From the NCBI RefSeq assembly GCF_035084215.1, contig NC_090351.1:33728001-33792000 (forward strand): a DNA stretch of 64,000 nt, read 5' to 3'. Position numbers and translations under genes: made by a program. Of the stretch, positions 33,691-45,700 are shown piece after piece (within the stretch, counting starts at the first letter, position 1; every line of letters begins with the position of its first letter). The notes beneath the pieces are model-generated. The model had not been told where the DNA came from. It made no database searches and was given only the letters and a program-made list of their open reading frames with translations. The stretch comes from Heptranchias perlo. Lineage: Eukaryota.

Positions 33691-35738
33691 GGGCCCGAAT
33701 TTAGCAGGCCTGCGGGTTCCCAGCGGGTGGTCCTCCGGGAGCGTGGTCAACACGCTCGGTGAAATTAGTGGGTTGCCCGCGCGATCGTAGCAGGCAACCC
33801 ACTAATAGGAATCAATTACCTGCTCCTCCGGGGTCCACGGCGCTGGCCTGCGCGTCGGTCGGGCTGCGCATGCGCAGTACGATCTGTCAGCTGGAGGCTC
33901 TCTAGTTAAAGGGGCAGTCCTCCACTGACAGATGCTGCAACCAATGGGACAAATTGCAGCATGGAGCAGCCCAGGGGGAAGGCTGCTCCCAGTTTAATGA
34001 TGCCTCACCCCAGCTATCATCAGATGGGGTGAGGAGGAGGGGGAGGACACAGATCTTCCCCCCGGCGGGCGGGAGGAAGCGGCCTGCCTCTGCCACCAAG
34101 AAGGCCTGGCTCGAGGTGGCAGAGGGGGTCACCTGCGCCACCAACATATCGCCCACCTGCATACAGTGCAGGAGGCGCTGCAATGACCGCAGTAGGTCAG
34201 CCGCAGTGAGAACACGAAGTCTTTCCCCAACACTCCGTCTGCCACAACACTGCCCCCACCCCACATCTCCTTCGGCACCGCCAACACTATTCTGTCACAT
34301 CACCCTTCATACCCACTCACACCCCATCCTCATCTTACCTCCACCTACTCACCTCGCCAGTACTCACCCTGCCACTAACACGCAACCCACTCCTCATACA
34401 ATCTCATTGCTCCATCCCATACTCACCGTCTCGTGCATCTCCCTCACGGCCAGCCTCACTCAACCTGCCACCACCTGTGCTGCAGCCACAGGGCATGCAT
34501 CACATATGTGCAGTCGGCAGCGTAAGGCAAACGTCTCGTCAGCATGTGGGTGCACAAGGGTGTCTGAGGGTTTGTCATGGGTGTTACCCATATTGAATTT
34601 CAGAGCAACAAACAGCACACATTATATTGACACCACCACTGCCATGTCTCCGCGAATCCTGTCCGTTGTGACCAATAATGCCCGCTCCTGGGTATCACTA
34701 TGAGGACCCACCACTGATGCCACCCATCGTGTTACTACAGAGTAGGTGCAGGTGTATTTGCAGGGCTCGTCCGCGCAGACGACTGAGAGACATCGGCGGT
34801 GTAGCCGGCTGCACCCTGGAAGGATGCGGAGGAGAGGTTGTGGAGGGCAGTGGTGACTTTGCCAGCGACAGGTAAGCAGTTGGTGCTGGGGCCAGCCAGG
34901 AGCAGCTCGGCATGAAAGAGGCTGCAGATCTCCACGACTACATGTCGAGCGAATCTGCGCCTCCCTGTGCACTGCTGCTCGGAGAGGTCCGGGGAGCTGC
35001 GCCTCGGTCTGTGGACCCCGTGGCGAGGGTAGTGCCCTCTGCGACGCGTCTCTCTCTGCGGTAGCCCTCCCTCCTGCTGTGCAGGTGGGCGTGCAACAAC
35101 ACCGTGTTGGGGGGATCCACGTCCCTGCGGCGGACGGCGTGGACTGCGAGGCTGCTGGGGCTGGTCATGCTCTTCGTCCTCCGAGGGTCTCCACACACCA
35201 CCCAACTGGCAGGTGTTGGTCTGAGGGGTTGTGCAGGGTAGGTGTGTGGTTCCTCGGACTGGGGCTGCGGTTTCGTGTCGGTCTGTCCTCTGGCTTGGCG
35301 GGGGGTGGTGGAGGGCAGGGCTTGCCCTATGTGACGCGGTGGCCTCCTGCGTGGGTGAGGGCTCTCCCCCGTGGAGCGCACCTTGGCACCTGCCACAGGC
35401 TGCTGGCTGCAACACGCCTGGTTGGAGGGAGACTGTTTCCCCCAGTGTGGGAAACTCACTGCCTTGAACCTAAAATCCCACACTTCCTCTTTTGACAGCT
35501 GCTTCAGCTCATTAACTGACCACAACGAGCAAGGTAAGTACTCTCAAGTGGAACCCCGCTGGCTTTAATTGCCTGCGGGATTCCCACCAGCGGGGCTTGC
35601 GCGCGCAGCCCCGCACGTCAGCGCGGTACCCGGAAGTGGCCGGGATTTCGTCGCGATCCGGTCACGTGACCGGAGATCGGGATTTTCGGGGCCACCCCAC
35701 TGGGAACCCGCCGGAAACACGCTCCTAAAATCGAGTCC
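33691..35738. mobile_element. Internally deleted PIF/Harbinger transposon with Myb/SANT-like (+) and HARBI1-like transposase (-) remnants
   Basis: TIRs GGGCCCGAATTTAG / CTAAAATCGAG(T/C)CC and 3-bp AAA flanks. The + strand gives FNDAS...ATKKAWLEVAEGV...QCRRRCND; the - strand gives DLSEQQC...LPVAGKVTTAL...SASFQGAAG...VSQSSA. Confidence 0.8.
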
Positions 35739-38700
35739 AAAGTGTCTTCGGGAGACTGGGATCAGCTGGGTGGCTGCTGTAGATTCCACTGAAGCTGGCA
35801 CATGCTCCATTGGTGGCTGAAATGAAGAAAAAGCTTCCCCGATGTTGCTGCAGATGAGAACTGTAAACTCAAGTGTCACAGTTGTCAGTTGATCCACATC
35901 CTTGAACCCTGACCTTAGAGCCTGCATGTCGGTGTGATGTTCCTCAAACATCCTGCTTTTCAGGAAAGTATCCATGAGTTCGGGCTCTCAGGACTCCAAA
36001 GGCAAAGGCAGCCTTCTCATCGGCCTCCACATGGACGGTGGCACATTGTTACCTACTTCTCACACCTCCAGCCCGCTTGTGCTCTGTGAATCACCACACC
36101 CTCACAAAACACTATCTAATTTTCCTCGGGTGAATGTACCTGAGCTGGTGCCTGGGATTTAAGAAGAAGGTGACAATGGTGATGAGTTGAAAGGTGTTGG
36201 GACAGAGGAACAAGGGCCATAAGGTGTCTGCAGGAAATCATGGGTTGGCTTCATCATCATCCTGGTCTACTGGTGGGTCAAGGAGACAGAGAAAGCAGTG
36301 GACGCTTGTTGGCGTGTGACACTTCATAGAGATGCCAGGGCAATGGTGTTATGTTGGCAATATGCCCAGACCTCCCCATCTCCCATGGCACGAGGAGAGT
36401 GATTCCCCATGAGTTCCATGGCCTCCTCCTCGTAGGACAAGTGTTCTAAAGTTAAGTATGGCAACCCGCTGGGCATTGTGCACTGCTTTCTCCTGCAAGA
36501 GGATGGAATAAATTAGGGGAAGGCTAGCAGCTGAGAGATGTGTGCCAAGTGTCTGAACCAGTTTGTGGGAGTTAAGAAGTAAGTGGGAGTTAAGGGAGTT
36601 GGGCAGGAGGTCTCTGCAGGAACTCATGGGTGTGCTTAAGTCTGACTTCATCTCCCTTCCCCCGCCAATGGCAGAGTTGAAGTAAGAGCTGGAGCCTGTT
36701 AGTGTTGACAAAGGGGTTTTAGGGTTGTGCATGGAAATAATTGCCTTTCGGGGAGATGGATAACCATAGTGTTGGATGCCAAGCTGGGAGCCCCTTAACC
36801 AGAGTGCATTGTGAAGGGTTAGTTGTGTTGCTGATACTTTTCGATGGTGAAGAGTGTGCTGGTGCCAGGGAAGTAAAGGCAGTGTGGCCAGTGTATTACT
36901 TGCCAGTCCAGGTCAGGTCAGTAAAGTTCTTTGTATCTGGGGTTGAGAGTTGTTAGTCAGTGCTGGTGCTCCCTCCCTTCGGGTGGCACAGGTGACATTT
37001 CAGGCACAAATCCCCTGCTTTTCTTCAAATTTTACCATGGGTCTCATATCCTCGGCAGACTGCACCTTGGCTTAACAACCAATCCAAGAGGCAGCACCTC
37101 TGACAGTGCAGCACTCGCTCAGTACAGCATTAAAGTGTCAGGCTACATTATGTGCTCAAAGCTCTGGAGTGGGGCCTGAACTCACAACCTTCTGACTCAG
37201 AGGTGAGAGTGCTGCCACTGAGCCAAGGCTGAAGCTCGTCTCTGGACCGAGATTCCCCTCAGACCCGGCCGTATTTCCAGCACTTGGTTATTTTACACAT
37301 GGGAGGTCGACTCATTGGTCACCATCTGTCAGGAAGCACATCTTCACACAAAGACTGGTGGAAATCTAGAACTCTCTTCCCAAAAACGCTGTTGAGGCTG
37401 GGGGTCAACTGAAAATTTCAAAACTGAGATTGATGAATTTTTCCCTCAGATCTAGCCGTGTTTCCTGCACTGGGTTCTTGTACATATGGGAGGCCAACTC
37501 CTTGGTCTCCACCTGATGGTCTGCGATTGATACCTTGCAGGCGTTTGGATCTTGCTGCGCAGGGAAATAGGTGGCCAGCAAGCTGTCTGATTCAAAAATA
37601 TTTTCGTTTTCTTTAAAGCCTTCAAATTTTATTCGGGGCGCCTGTGCATGGCGGCACTCTGAGAGTTTTGTTGGCCCAGGGCCCCCTGCGCCGATACCTG
37701 AACGTGACACACGTTATTTGTCTGTCAGCTGAAGAGATAAGGAGGGTAAAATTCGTCATGGGCATTACTGCAAAATGGACACCAGCAAAACAGCAGCCCA
37801 TTTTACACTCCGCACAATTTTCTTTTCCATCGTGGCCCAAGACGAATTTCACCTCGAATTTACACTGGAAATCTGTCTTATTTCCTTTGTGTACTTGATG
37901 GGTAAAAGTTTCACTGTTGACCCTGTAGCCCTCATCCCAAATTACTTTACCATAAGGTCATGTTTCAGTTCATTGGCAGCGTGTGCCTGAATCATAACAG
38001 GCATGAAATGCATGGAGGAAGTAGTGAATTTTTTAATCTTCTCCTGATCGATAATAAGTTTTCGGAAACTGAAAAATGATGAGAGAATTCTGAAGAAATG
38101 CTGTAAATTTATTTTAAGTGTCTGCATTATTTTTGTCAGTGCCCAGCTAAGTAAATGTCTTGTCATGCACACCTGCATTCAGACCTGTTGTTCTGTTTCT
38201 TCTTCTCTCCCCTTAACCCTTCCTTTTCCCAGTTAAAATGCAATCTTGTCCCATTGATGTAATAAGACAGTTAGAGGAGCAGTAAAGGTGAGTGTTCTCA
38301 CTTATAATTTACTCCTCAAATCAATAGGGCTCGCAACATTGAATGTCAGATGTCTCAGATTTATTAAGTCTACACCTGCATTTAAACATACACTTAACAG
38401 CAGTACTTACGACAAGAACCTTACGAGTTAAGTCGGAGGACTCAAACGCGTTACAATTCCAACCTCAGTATGTTGGTTGCAGATCATAATCGAGTCCCGA
38501 GTATCTGTTCCAACACCTACTTTTTACACCTTTTTCTTACCCCCTCTACGAGACAGTCCACACGTTACTGTATTACCAAATACAAGTCCATATAAGGTGA
38601 ATATTAATGATCTGCTTCCTTTGTTCCTTATCAATAATTTTAGCTTTTATCCAATTACTTTTCCATAGATCGGTACAATTCCCCAACCTTTTTATCTTAT

Positions 38701-39735
38701 CAAAGCTTCACTCTTGTTGCTAATCTATCAAGTGAAACTACTAATTTTAAATCTGGACCATGCCATACCAATCTCTTGCTTCTAAAAAGGATGATGTGTT
38801 TGCAGATATTTCCTTCTGCAGCAACTGATTAAAGTTCTCTGCAGGAAGCACTGGAATGTTTTTAATTAGGTTTATTGTCTAAACTGACCATTGCTTTAAG
38901 GTCAGTCTTAATTCAACAGTTCAGTGGTTACTGCATCTAAATTGACTTACACTTCCTCACTCAACAGGCTAAATACAATATAAAGAGAAATCAGTAACAG
39001 TATAACATTGGCAGATTTCAGGACAATCTGATTAACATAAATTAATGAGGCCCCCCGCCTGCTTTAGTGAGGCAACTCATCCACATGCAGAATCTTGCAG
39101 GTTCAAATCTGAAATGGCACGAATAGGTTGGGACCTGAGGGGGAGGTTTCTAACGACCTATCCGCTCGGTTAAAATCAACCCCTCCGTTTTTTATAAAAC
39201 ACACTCAATATTAATTTTAACCCAATAAAGCTTTTGAAATTTATCCTCTTCTTCCTCAAAATTATTTGAAGAAAAATGACTGAGCCGAAATGCTCGATGA
39301 TTAAGAGAAATATTCCATTTGTACAGCTGACTGAATTGTCCTATTGCATCCTATGAAATTAGCTACACTATAACTACACTGCATCATATGACTACACTTC
39401 GGCAAATCCTTAACAAATGCAGACATATAATCTGAAAAATTGACACAAAAAGTGTGACAAAAATTTTACAAAAGGAAGCCAGGTTGTGCAGACAGAAAGT
39501 GGCCACAGACATAAATTTTTAATACGATCGAGATAGATCGAAAGATAGCCACCAATTCGAAGCACGCAGCCATCATTTTAGTTTTGATTTTTTTCTCCAC
39601 TAATTTAATAGTCAAGTTCATTTAATGACCAATTCCATTTTTATTGTACATTTGGTAAAACGGGAAAGCTGGATGAACAATGAATATTTGATCAGGACAC
39701 AAAATTCCATCAAGGTAGATGCAATCAGGAAATCT

Positions 39736-42700
39736 TCATCTTGCCACGTTGGCCGACCTGTGGTGATCTGATTCGTTGAGTAGCTGAAAGTGAAAATATT
39801 TAATGCATCAGATTCATTGATATTGAGAAGTGTGCGTTATTTTACATGTCAGTTCTGAACAGAATTCTATCTGAAACTGTTAACAAGTTGAGGAAAGGCC
39901 TGCGATAGACTGGAGCTGTGTTGAGATCACACTCCTCCCTCCCCCATCACCATTGCACGTGTGCTGGGAAAAGGTGTCAGTTGTGCCCCTTTTGCTGGAA
40001 CACCATTTTCTCACATTCAACATGGGTTTTTCTGCAACCGTGACGGTGGACAGTTGACATCAGAAAACGGTTGACTTTATTAAATATATTTTAGATAGTC
40101 CAGTTGAGGTTCCCAGCAACAATAGAATTAGGTCTGTGTCTGAGCACCCTGGTGCTCGACTGGATAAACAAATCAGAATGGAATCTTTTCTTGACTGTAT
40201 TAGTACAGCTTGGCTCAGTGGTAGCACTCTCATTTCAGATGTCAAAAGGTTGTGGGTTCAAGTCCCAGTCCAGGGACTTCAGCACATAATCTAGGCTGGC
40301 ACTTCAGCACTGTGCTGAGGGAGTGCTCTATTGTCAGATGAAACGTTAATGGAGGGCCCCATCTGTTTGTTCAGGTGGACAGAAAAGATTCCATGACACT
40401 ATTTGAAGAAGAGCAAAGGAGTTCTCCCAATATTCTGGCCAAAACAGATTAACCGGTCATTTATCTCATCTGCTGTGTTTGGGACCTTTCTGTGTGCAAA
40501 TTGTCTGCCACTTTTGTCTCCATAACAACAGTAACACTTCAAAAGTAACTCATTGGATGTAAAGAGATTGGGACATCTTGAAGATATAAAAGAGTCTATA
40601 TAAACGCAGGTTCTTTCTTTATTATATCTGTGACAAATATTTTTGAAAGAATTTTTGGAGTGTTTCATACAAAGTCCTTAATCCTTACCTTAGTTTTTCT
40701 CGTACACGTTGTGACCGAAACAGTACAAATCACCAGGAGAGCAAAGAGCACCCAGCGTAGCACACTCCACACAATGTAACTGAGCAAAAGGGGAGAAATA
40801 CAAAATCATTCACAAGAAACGGGATTGCTTTGTGTCTGAAACATTTATCTCCTGTTTACACTGTAATCTTAGTATTTTGTATCAATGTAAAGCCGCAGAA
40901 CCAAGGGACTTTAGCTGGGAAACTAAACTGTTGTTTGACTTATGGAGGAAAGTCAACTTTGTGATCATTAGATAAAGGCCAAATGAAGCAAAGTTCATTA
41001 ACATGTCCACAATGTGCAGCTATAAAGGCACGGCACAATTTTATAATTGAGGACTTTATAAAAGTGACTGACCATCTGCCTGGGGCCATGTAACAGTGGT
41101 AATATGTCTCCTCAGGGATGATCACAATAACATCAACCTGCAACTGCTCATCTGCACCTTCTTTCAGGCAATTGCTGAGCAGCTGGAAACAGGCAGCCTT
41201 CCCGTTCTCTCAGTTTGGAAACAGTGTATAACATGGGCAAACTGAGAAGGTGAAAATGACGGAGAATGCAAATGCCACTCCAGAATAGTGGAAGGCAAAC
41301 CAGCATTGCTGGGGTTTGGCAAGTACAACTCATCTCACGCCATGAGATTAGGTTAGCGGTAAAGTAATGAAGGTGAATAATGCAAACAGCACCACCTGAG
41401 GGGTGGCAAAATGGAGGTGCTTACTTCTTATTCTGATTCTCCACCAACAAAAATAGCACCTTTGTTCGGAAGCCAACACAACAGCATGATGTAAATCCAG
41501 CCACCATTTCCATTATGGTGAGTTATAGCCTGGATGAGTAAATGTTTGTGAACCCTTGTGCCAAATTTCTTAAAGAACATTTATTCTCTCAGATGGAAAC
41601 AGTGCCAATCAAAACACCAGCAATGAGAACATTGTACCTTTTGCTGGCAGATGTGGAACCTGAAGATGTGGTTCGATTTTCAGTGGAATTGATATTTTTA
41701 CTTGTGGAACATGGAGTTGTTGGTGACACTTTTGAATAAACTTCACATTCATATACAAGTCCTATTGAGGCAAGGGAATAAAGTTTAGATTCACCTGATT
41801 TTCACTTGTGGTCAACCTAGAGAACACTATTGTTAAAAGGAACCTCAGTACTTGAGTAAAATCCTGGTTGGTATATTGGATTTGGATGCTTTCATTTCTG
41901 TGTAATTTCCCCTCTCTGATAGCAAGGAGAGATGCTGCTAACACCTGGCAGCGGCCCATTTTTAGTGATATTTCAGTTATTTCCCCATATCCGAGTGTTT
42001 GCATTACAGAATTACTATTGGGACAGTTAAAGATCTCGGGTTGGTGGGTCTACAAACCAGATATTCCCTTTTTTGCCCCACGCAAACGTAAAGGAAAGTT
42101 AGAGCCAGGGAATGATCTCTGCCACCACCGGAAAGTGTATTCCTGGGCGCCTAGCAACCGCGATGCTGCCCTGGAGCGATGTCCTCAGTGGAATAGGAAC
42201 ATCAGCAGTGCATTGAGCTCATCGGGAAATATTAGACCAATAATTACTGTTGTCGATATTAGTAGACAAGCAGTTAAAATTCGTAAGGCATTCCTCGTTT
42301 AAAAGAATGTTTCATTCAGAACAGCAGATAAAGGAATGTCACACGCACACATTAAACAGTCGCCTGCTAATACTGACAACGGTCAATTCTAGCCTTTTGG
42401 GGTCAGTTTCCTGAGCTTGCCAAGTGATGGGAAACCTCAGCCACCGGGAGTGGATATCGCATATCAGGGACAGGCTCGCAAACAGATGCAATAGACATTA
42501 GTTTTAAAAATTCAGTTCCCATATTGTTTGTTTAAAGTAACACTTACCAATGCTGCTGATTCGAGCCACATAACTGCAGTTTTTCTCTGATCTGTTCCAG
42601 ACTGACACATCAACCATTTCACTGGATTTTCCTCCATTATTATTTGAGGCTCTGCAGTAATATTGATGATGAACTTGGGTGAAGGAAGAACATTGTAGAT

Positions 42701-45700
42701 CCAGTTTATCAGATTCAGAGATCGTTAAATCTTCAGACGTGGCCTTTTTATACCATGTGTACTGAATGGGAAGGGACCCTTGGACAGACTCACAGGAGAC
42801 TGACACTGAGCCCCCAAAACATGAGGCACTTGATGGTGATAAAAATCGAAGTACAGGAACAGACACAGATTCTGTGGGAAAGAAACAAACATTCAGACAC
42901 TGACTGACTCTGCTTCTTGCACTGGATCCAAACTATCCCTGATCTTTAATGGGATGAGAGAGATTAAATAGCCTTCAAAAGCACCTGAAAGAAGAGGAAC
43001 AATTGTGCAAGTTTTTGCTTTTTTTGAAAAACAGCAGCATAATTGATCCAGATGGAAATAATCTTCTCATCATTTTTGCTTTGATGAAACCCATCATGAA
43101 TTTGCCAGGTTGGAGCAGTCTATGGGGTAGAAATTGGGATGTGTTTTGTTCCAATTCCGGGCGTAAAATGGTGCAACGTATACCAATTGCTGGGCGTGAA
43201 GTCCTGTGCCCGATTTGCATTGGGGCATGCCCACTGCCCTATTGGTCGACTCTGTTTTTAGGCGTCCCTAGTGGTCGCCTGAAAGCAGCGTTGCATTAAT
43301 TTAAATATGCAAATAAGGGTCCTGGGCATGTTTTAGGAACCTTCTGCAAAATTTTTGAGAAACTAGGCAGAGCATACACCGTGAATGTTCTGACGAGCTT
43401 ACCCAGCTCTACAGTGGCCTAACCAGAGTTCCTTAAAGAGACCCGTGGAGATCACTGAAGAATCGCGACTGCGCTCGGTCCCCCAGCGTTTTCCACCGGT
43501 GTCCAAGCAGGACTTTCCTGAGGGCCGCTGGTGAATAGACAGCAGGCTCAAATTTGATCCCCAATGTTGGAAGTAGCCAGCAGCTCGCCTCTATTATCAA
43601 AATGAGGCCAATTTCAGATGAGCCTCAGGCCTCTGGCTTCTTGGGGCGCGCTTTCAGCCTGTCGCTTATTTTGGGTCCAGAAATGAGCCCAAAAGAATTT
43701 CCAACCCTATTGTTTTCAGGTGGGGGTTTGGTCGAATGTTGAATGCATTTCCAGGAATGGCCTGACCCAGGTCCAGTTTGTACCAGAACTCCCTCATATG
43801 GGAATTCTGCAACCAACATCGAAAAATCAAATGCTTTCCAATGTTCATTTTACTTCTGAGACAAAACCAGAATAAGCTTTCCTGTAACTCAGCCAGGCCC
43901 TGCCATTTTGGAACCTCACCAGCACATCTACATCTCCATGTCTCTCCATCCTGCGAGCAGCCTGAACTACCATGTCTAATATCAGAACATAGCAGGGCTC
44001 CAGATCAGGAGAGCAGTAATGATACTGGGGATGTGTCAATTTGAAAATCAGGGCTAACAATTTCTCTCAGTGGTAGGTTACCAGCCTCCAATGCTGTTTA
44101 ATTGTTTGACACTCGAACATGAGCTAGTTGGAGAAAGTCCGAGAAACCACAGCAGAATATGAGTGCAAAAAACTGGAGATTTCTACACATGTTCTGTGGC
44201 TTTAGACAGGGAGAGTAATTATGATTGGTTTCAGCGAACTGCAGCTGAAAAGCAACCCTTTATCTCAGTTTTATTGGAGCAGCCAAAGCACAAAGGTGAC
44301 CAGCTTGACACTTTCAATGAGAATTGTCAGGTCTTCAGTGCTGTTGCGGCCACACCCTGTTCTCAGAAACTGATTAGGACAAAATTTGCTTTGTGACTGG
44401 ACAGTCTCTCTTTGAAATGTTACTGCTTGCCAGCCTGTCCCTCAGCACTTCCCTACTCACCCACCCAGATCCATTGAAAAATCAATAGGAGGTGTAGAGG
44501 ATGTAGAAGATTGTATTTAGTATTTGATCCTTCAGGAGGTTTGCTTAGGAGGAAGATAATGGGCCATAATTTGCTGTGGCAGAGCATCCAACGGTGTTTG
44601 CCGTTGGTTAGACTTGCCCTTGCTCGTTTAGGTTTCAAATTGTTTGCGGGTAAGTTACTGAAAGTGCGAGTTGATAACATCGCAGCGAGGGAAACAGGGC
44701 ATCTGGGACCTGAGTGGACAGAGCAAGAAACCATGTATCTCCTTCACCAGTCAGATTCAAGGATTTTGAAATAATCAATGCAAGGATTGAGAAGGAAGTG
44801 TAAATGACAATGGATTGAATGTCCAATCAGGTACAGAAAGAGAAATAAAGAGAGGGAAAGAAGGATTGGATGAAGAGAGAAAGAAAAAGGAAATGTACAT
44901 TTTTAAAATCTCCAACTACAATTAAAACCTGAAGGATTGAAACTCCACACTTGTAAGTTTTCAGTGCCAAAGAGGTTGCTTGGCAGTAAATAACACTTAT
45001 CACGTTGTTAAAAGGGTACTCAGACTTGAAATGACTTGACTCAACTTACTGTGGAGAGTTTAATTTGTATCTACCGTGCAAATACAGCAACTTCATGCCG
45101 TTCAATGTATTTCAATGGTGCGGCAGACAGCAAGATGCCCTTTTTGTGAAGCTAAGGGCAGAATGGTGCAACTTGGACAGCAACTTTTGGATTTCTGTGT
45201 TTAACCAGGCATCTGCCCCTCGCCTGAATTTGCTGCACCATTTGCGTGTAAATAATGGCGATCGCCATTAGTCTCACCGCTATTTTGACAGCAAAATCTG
45301 GCCCAACGTGACAACATGAATAAAGAGGCTTCTTTTACCATCAAGAGAGTGATCTAGCTTTTCAATTTTAAGTTTAGCTCGCTTGTAAAGTTGAACTGTA
45401 TTGTGCTGACCTAAGTATCTGGTTGATTCTGTATGCCTCCCATCAGATCAGGAAACCTACAAAAATCTGTTACGCTCTTGTGGATTGATTCCATTTTTAG
45501 TGTTTTCTAGGTATTTATCCCATTAAAGACTACTTGCTTCTTACTGCTTTTGTTATTGTCTTTCTATTAGTTTTTGGCCTGAATGTAAACATCTGACAGT
45601 GTGAAACTTGATACAGTTCAGAGACAGGAAGATGTGTTGAGCATCCATGTGAGGTCTGGTGTAATACACTGCAGTTAAAGTAACTGTTGGTCCCATAATA

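Noticed and set aside
33954-35525. MSANTD/HARBI1-like ORFs as domesticated genes
   Set aside because: Frameshifted, truncated, no catalytic DDE region visible, and enclosed by TIRs.
38258-38951. Possible solo LTR (TGTAA...TTACA)
   Set aside because: No matching target-site duplication; boundaries not supportable.
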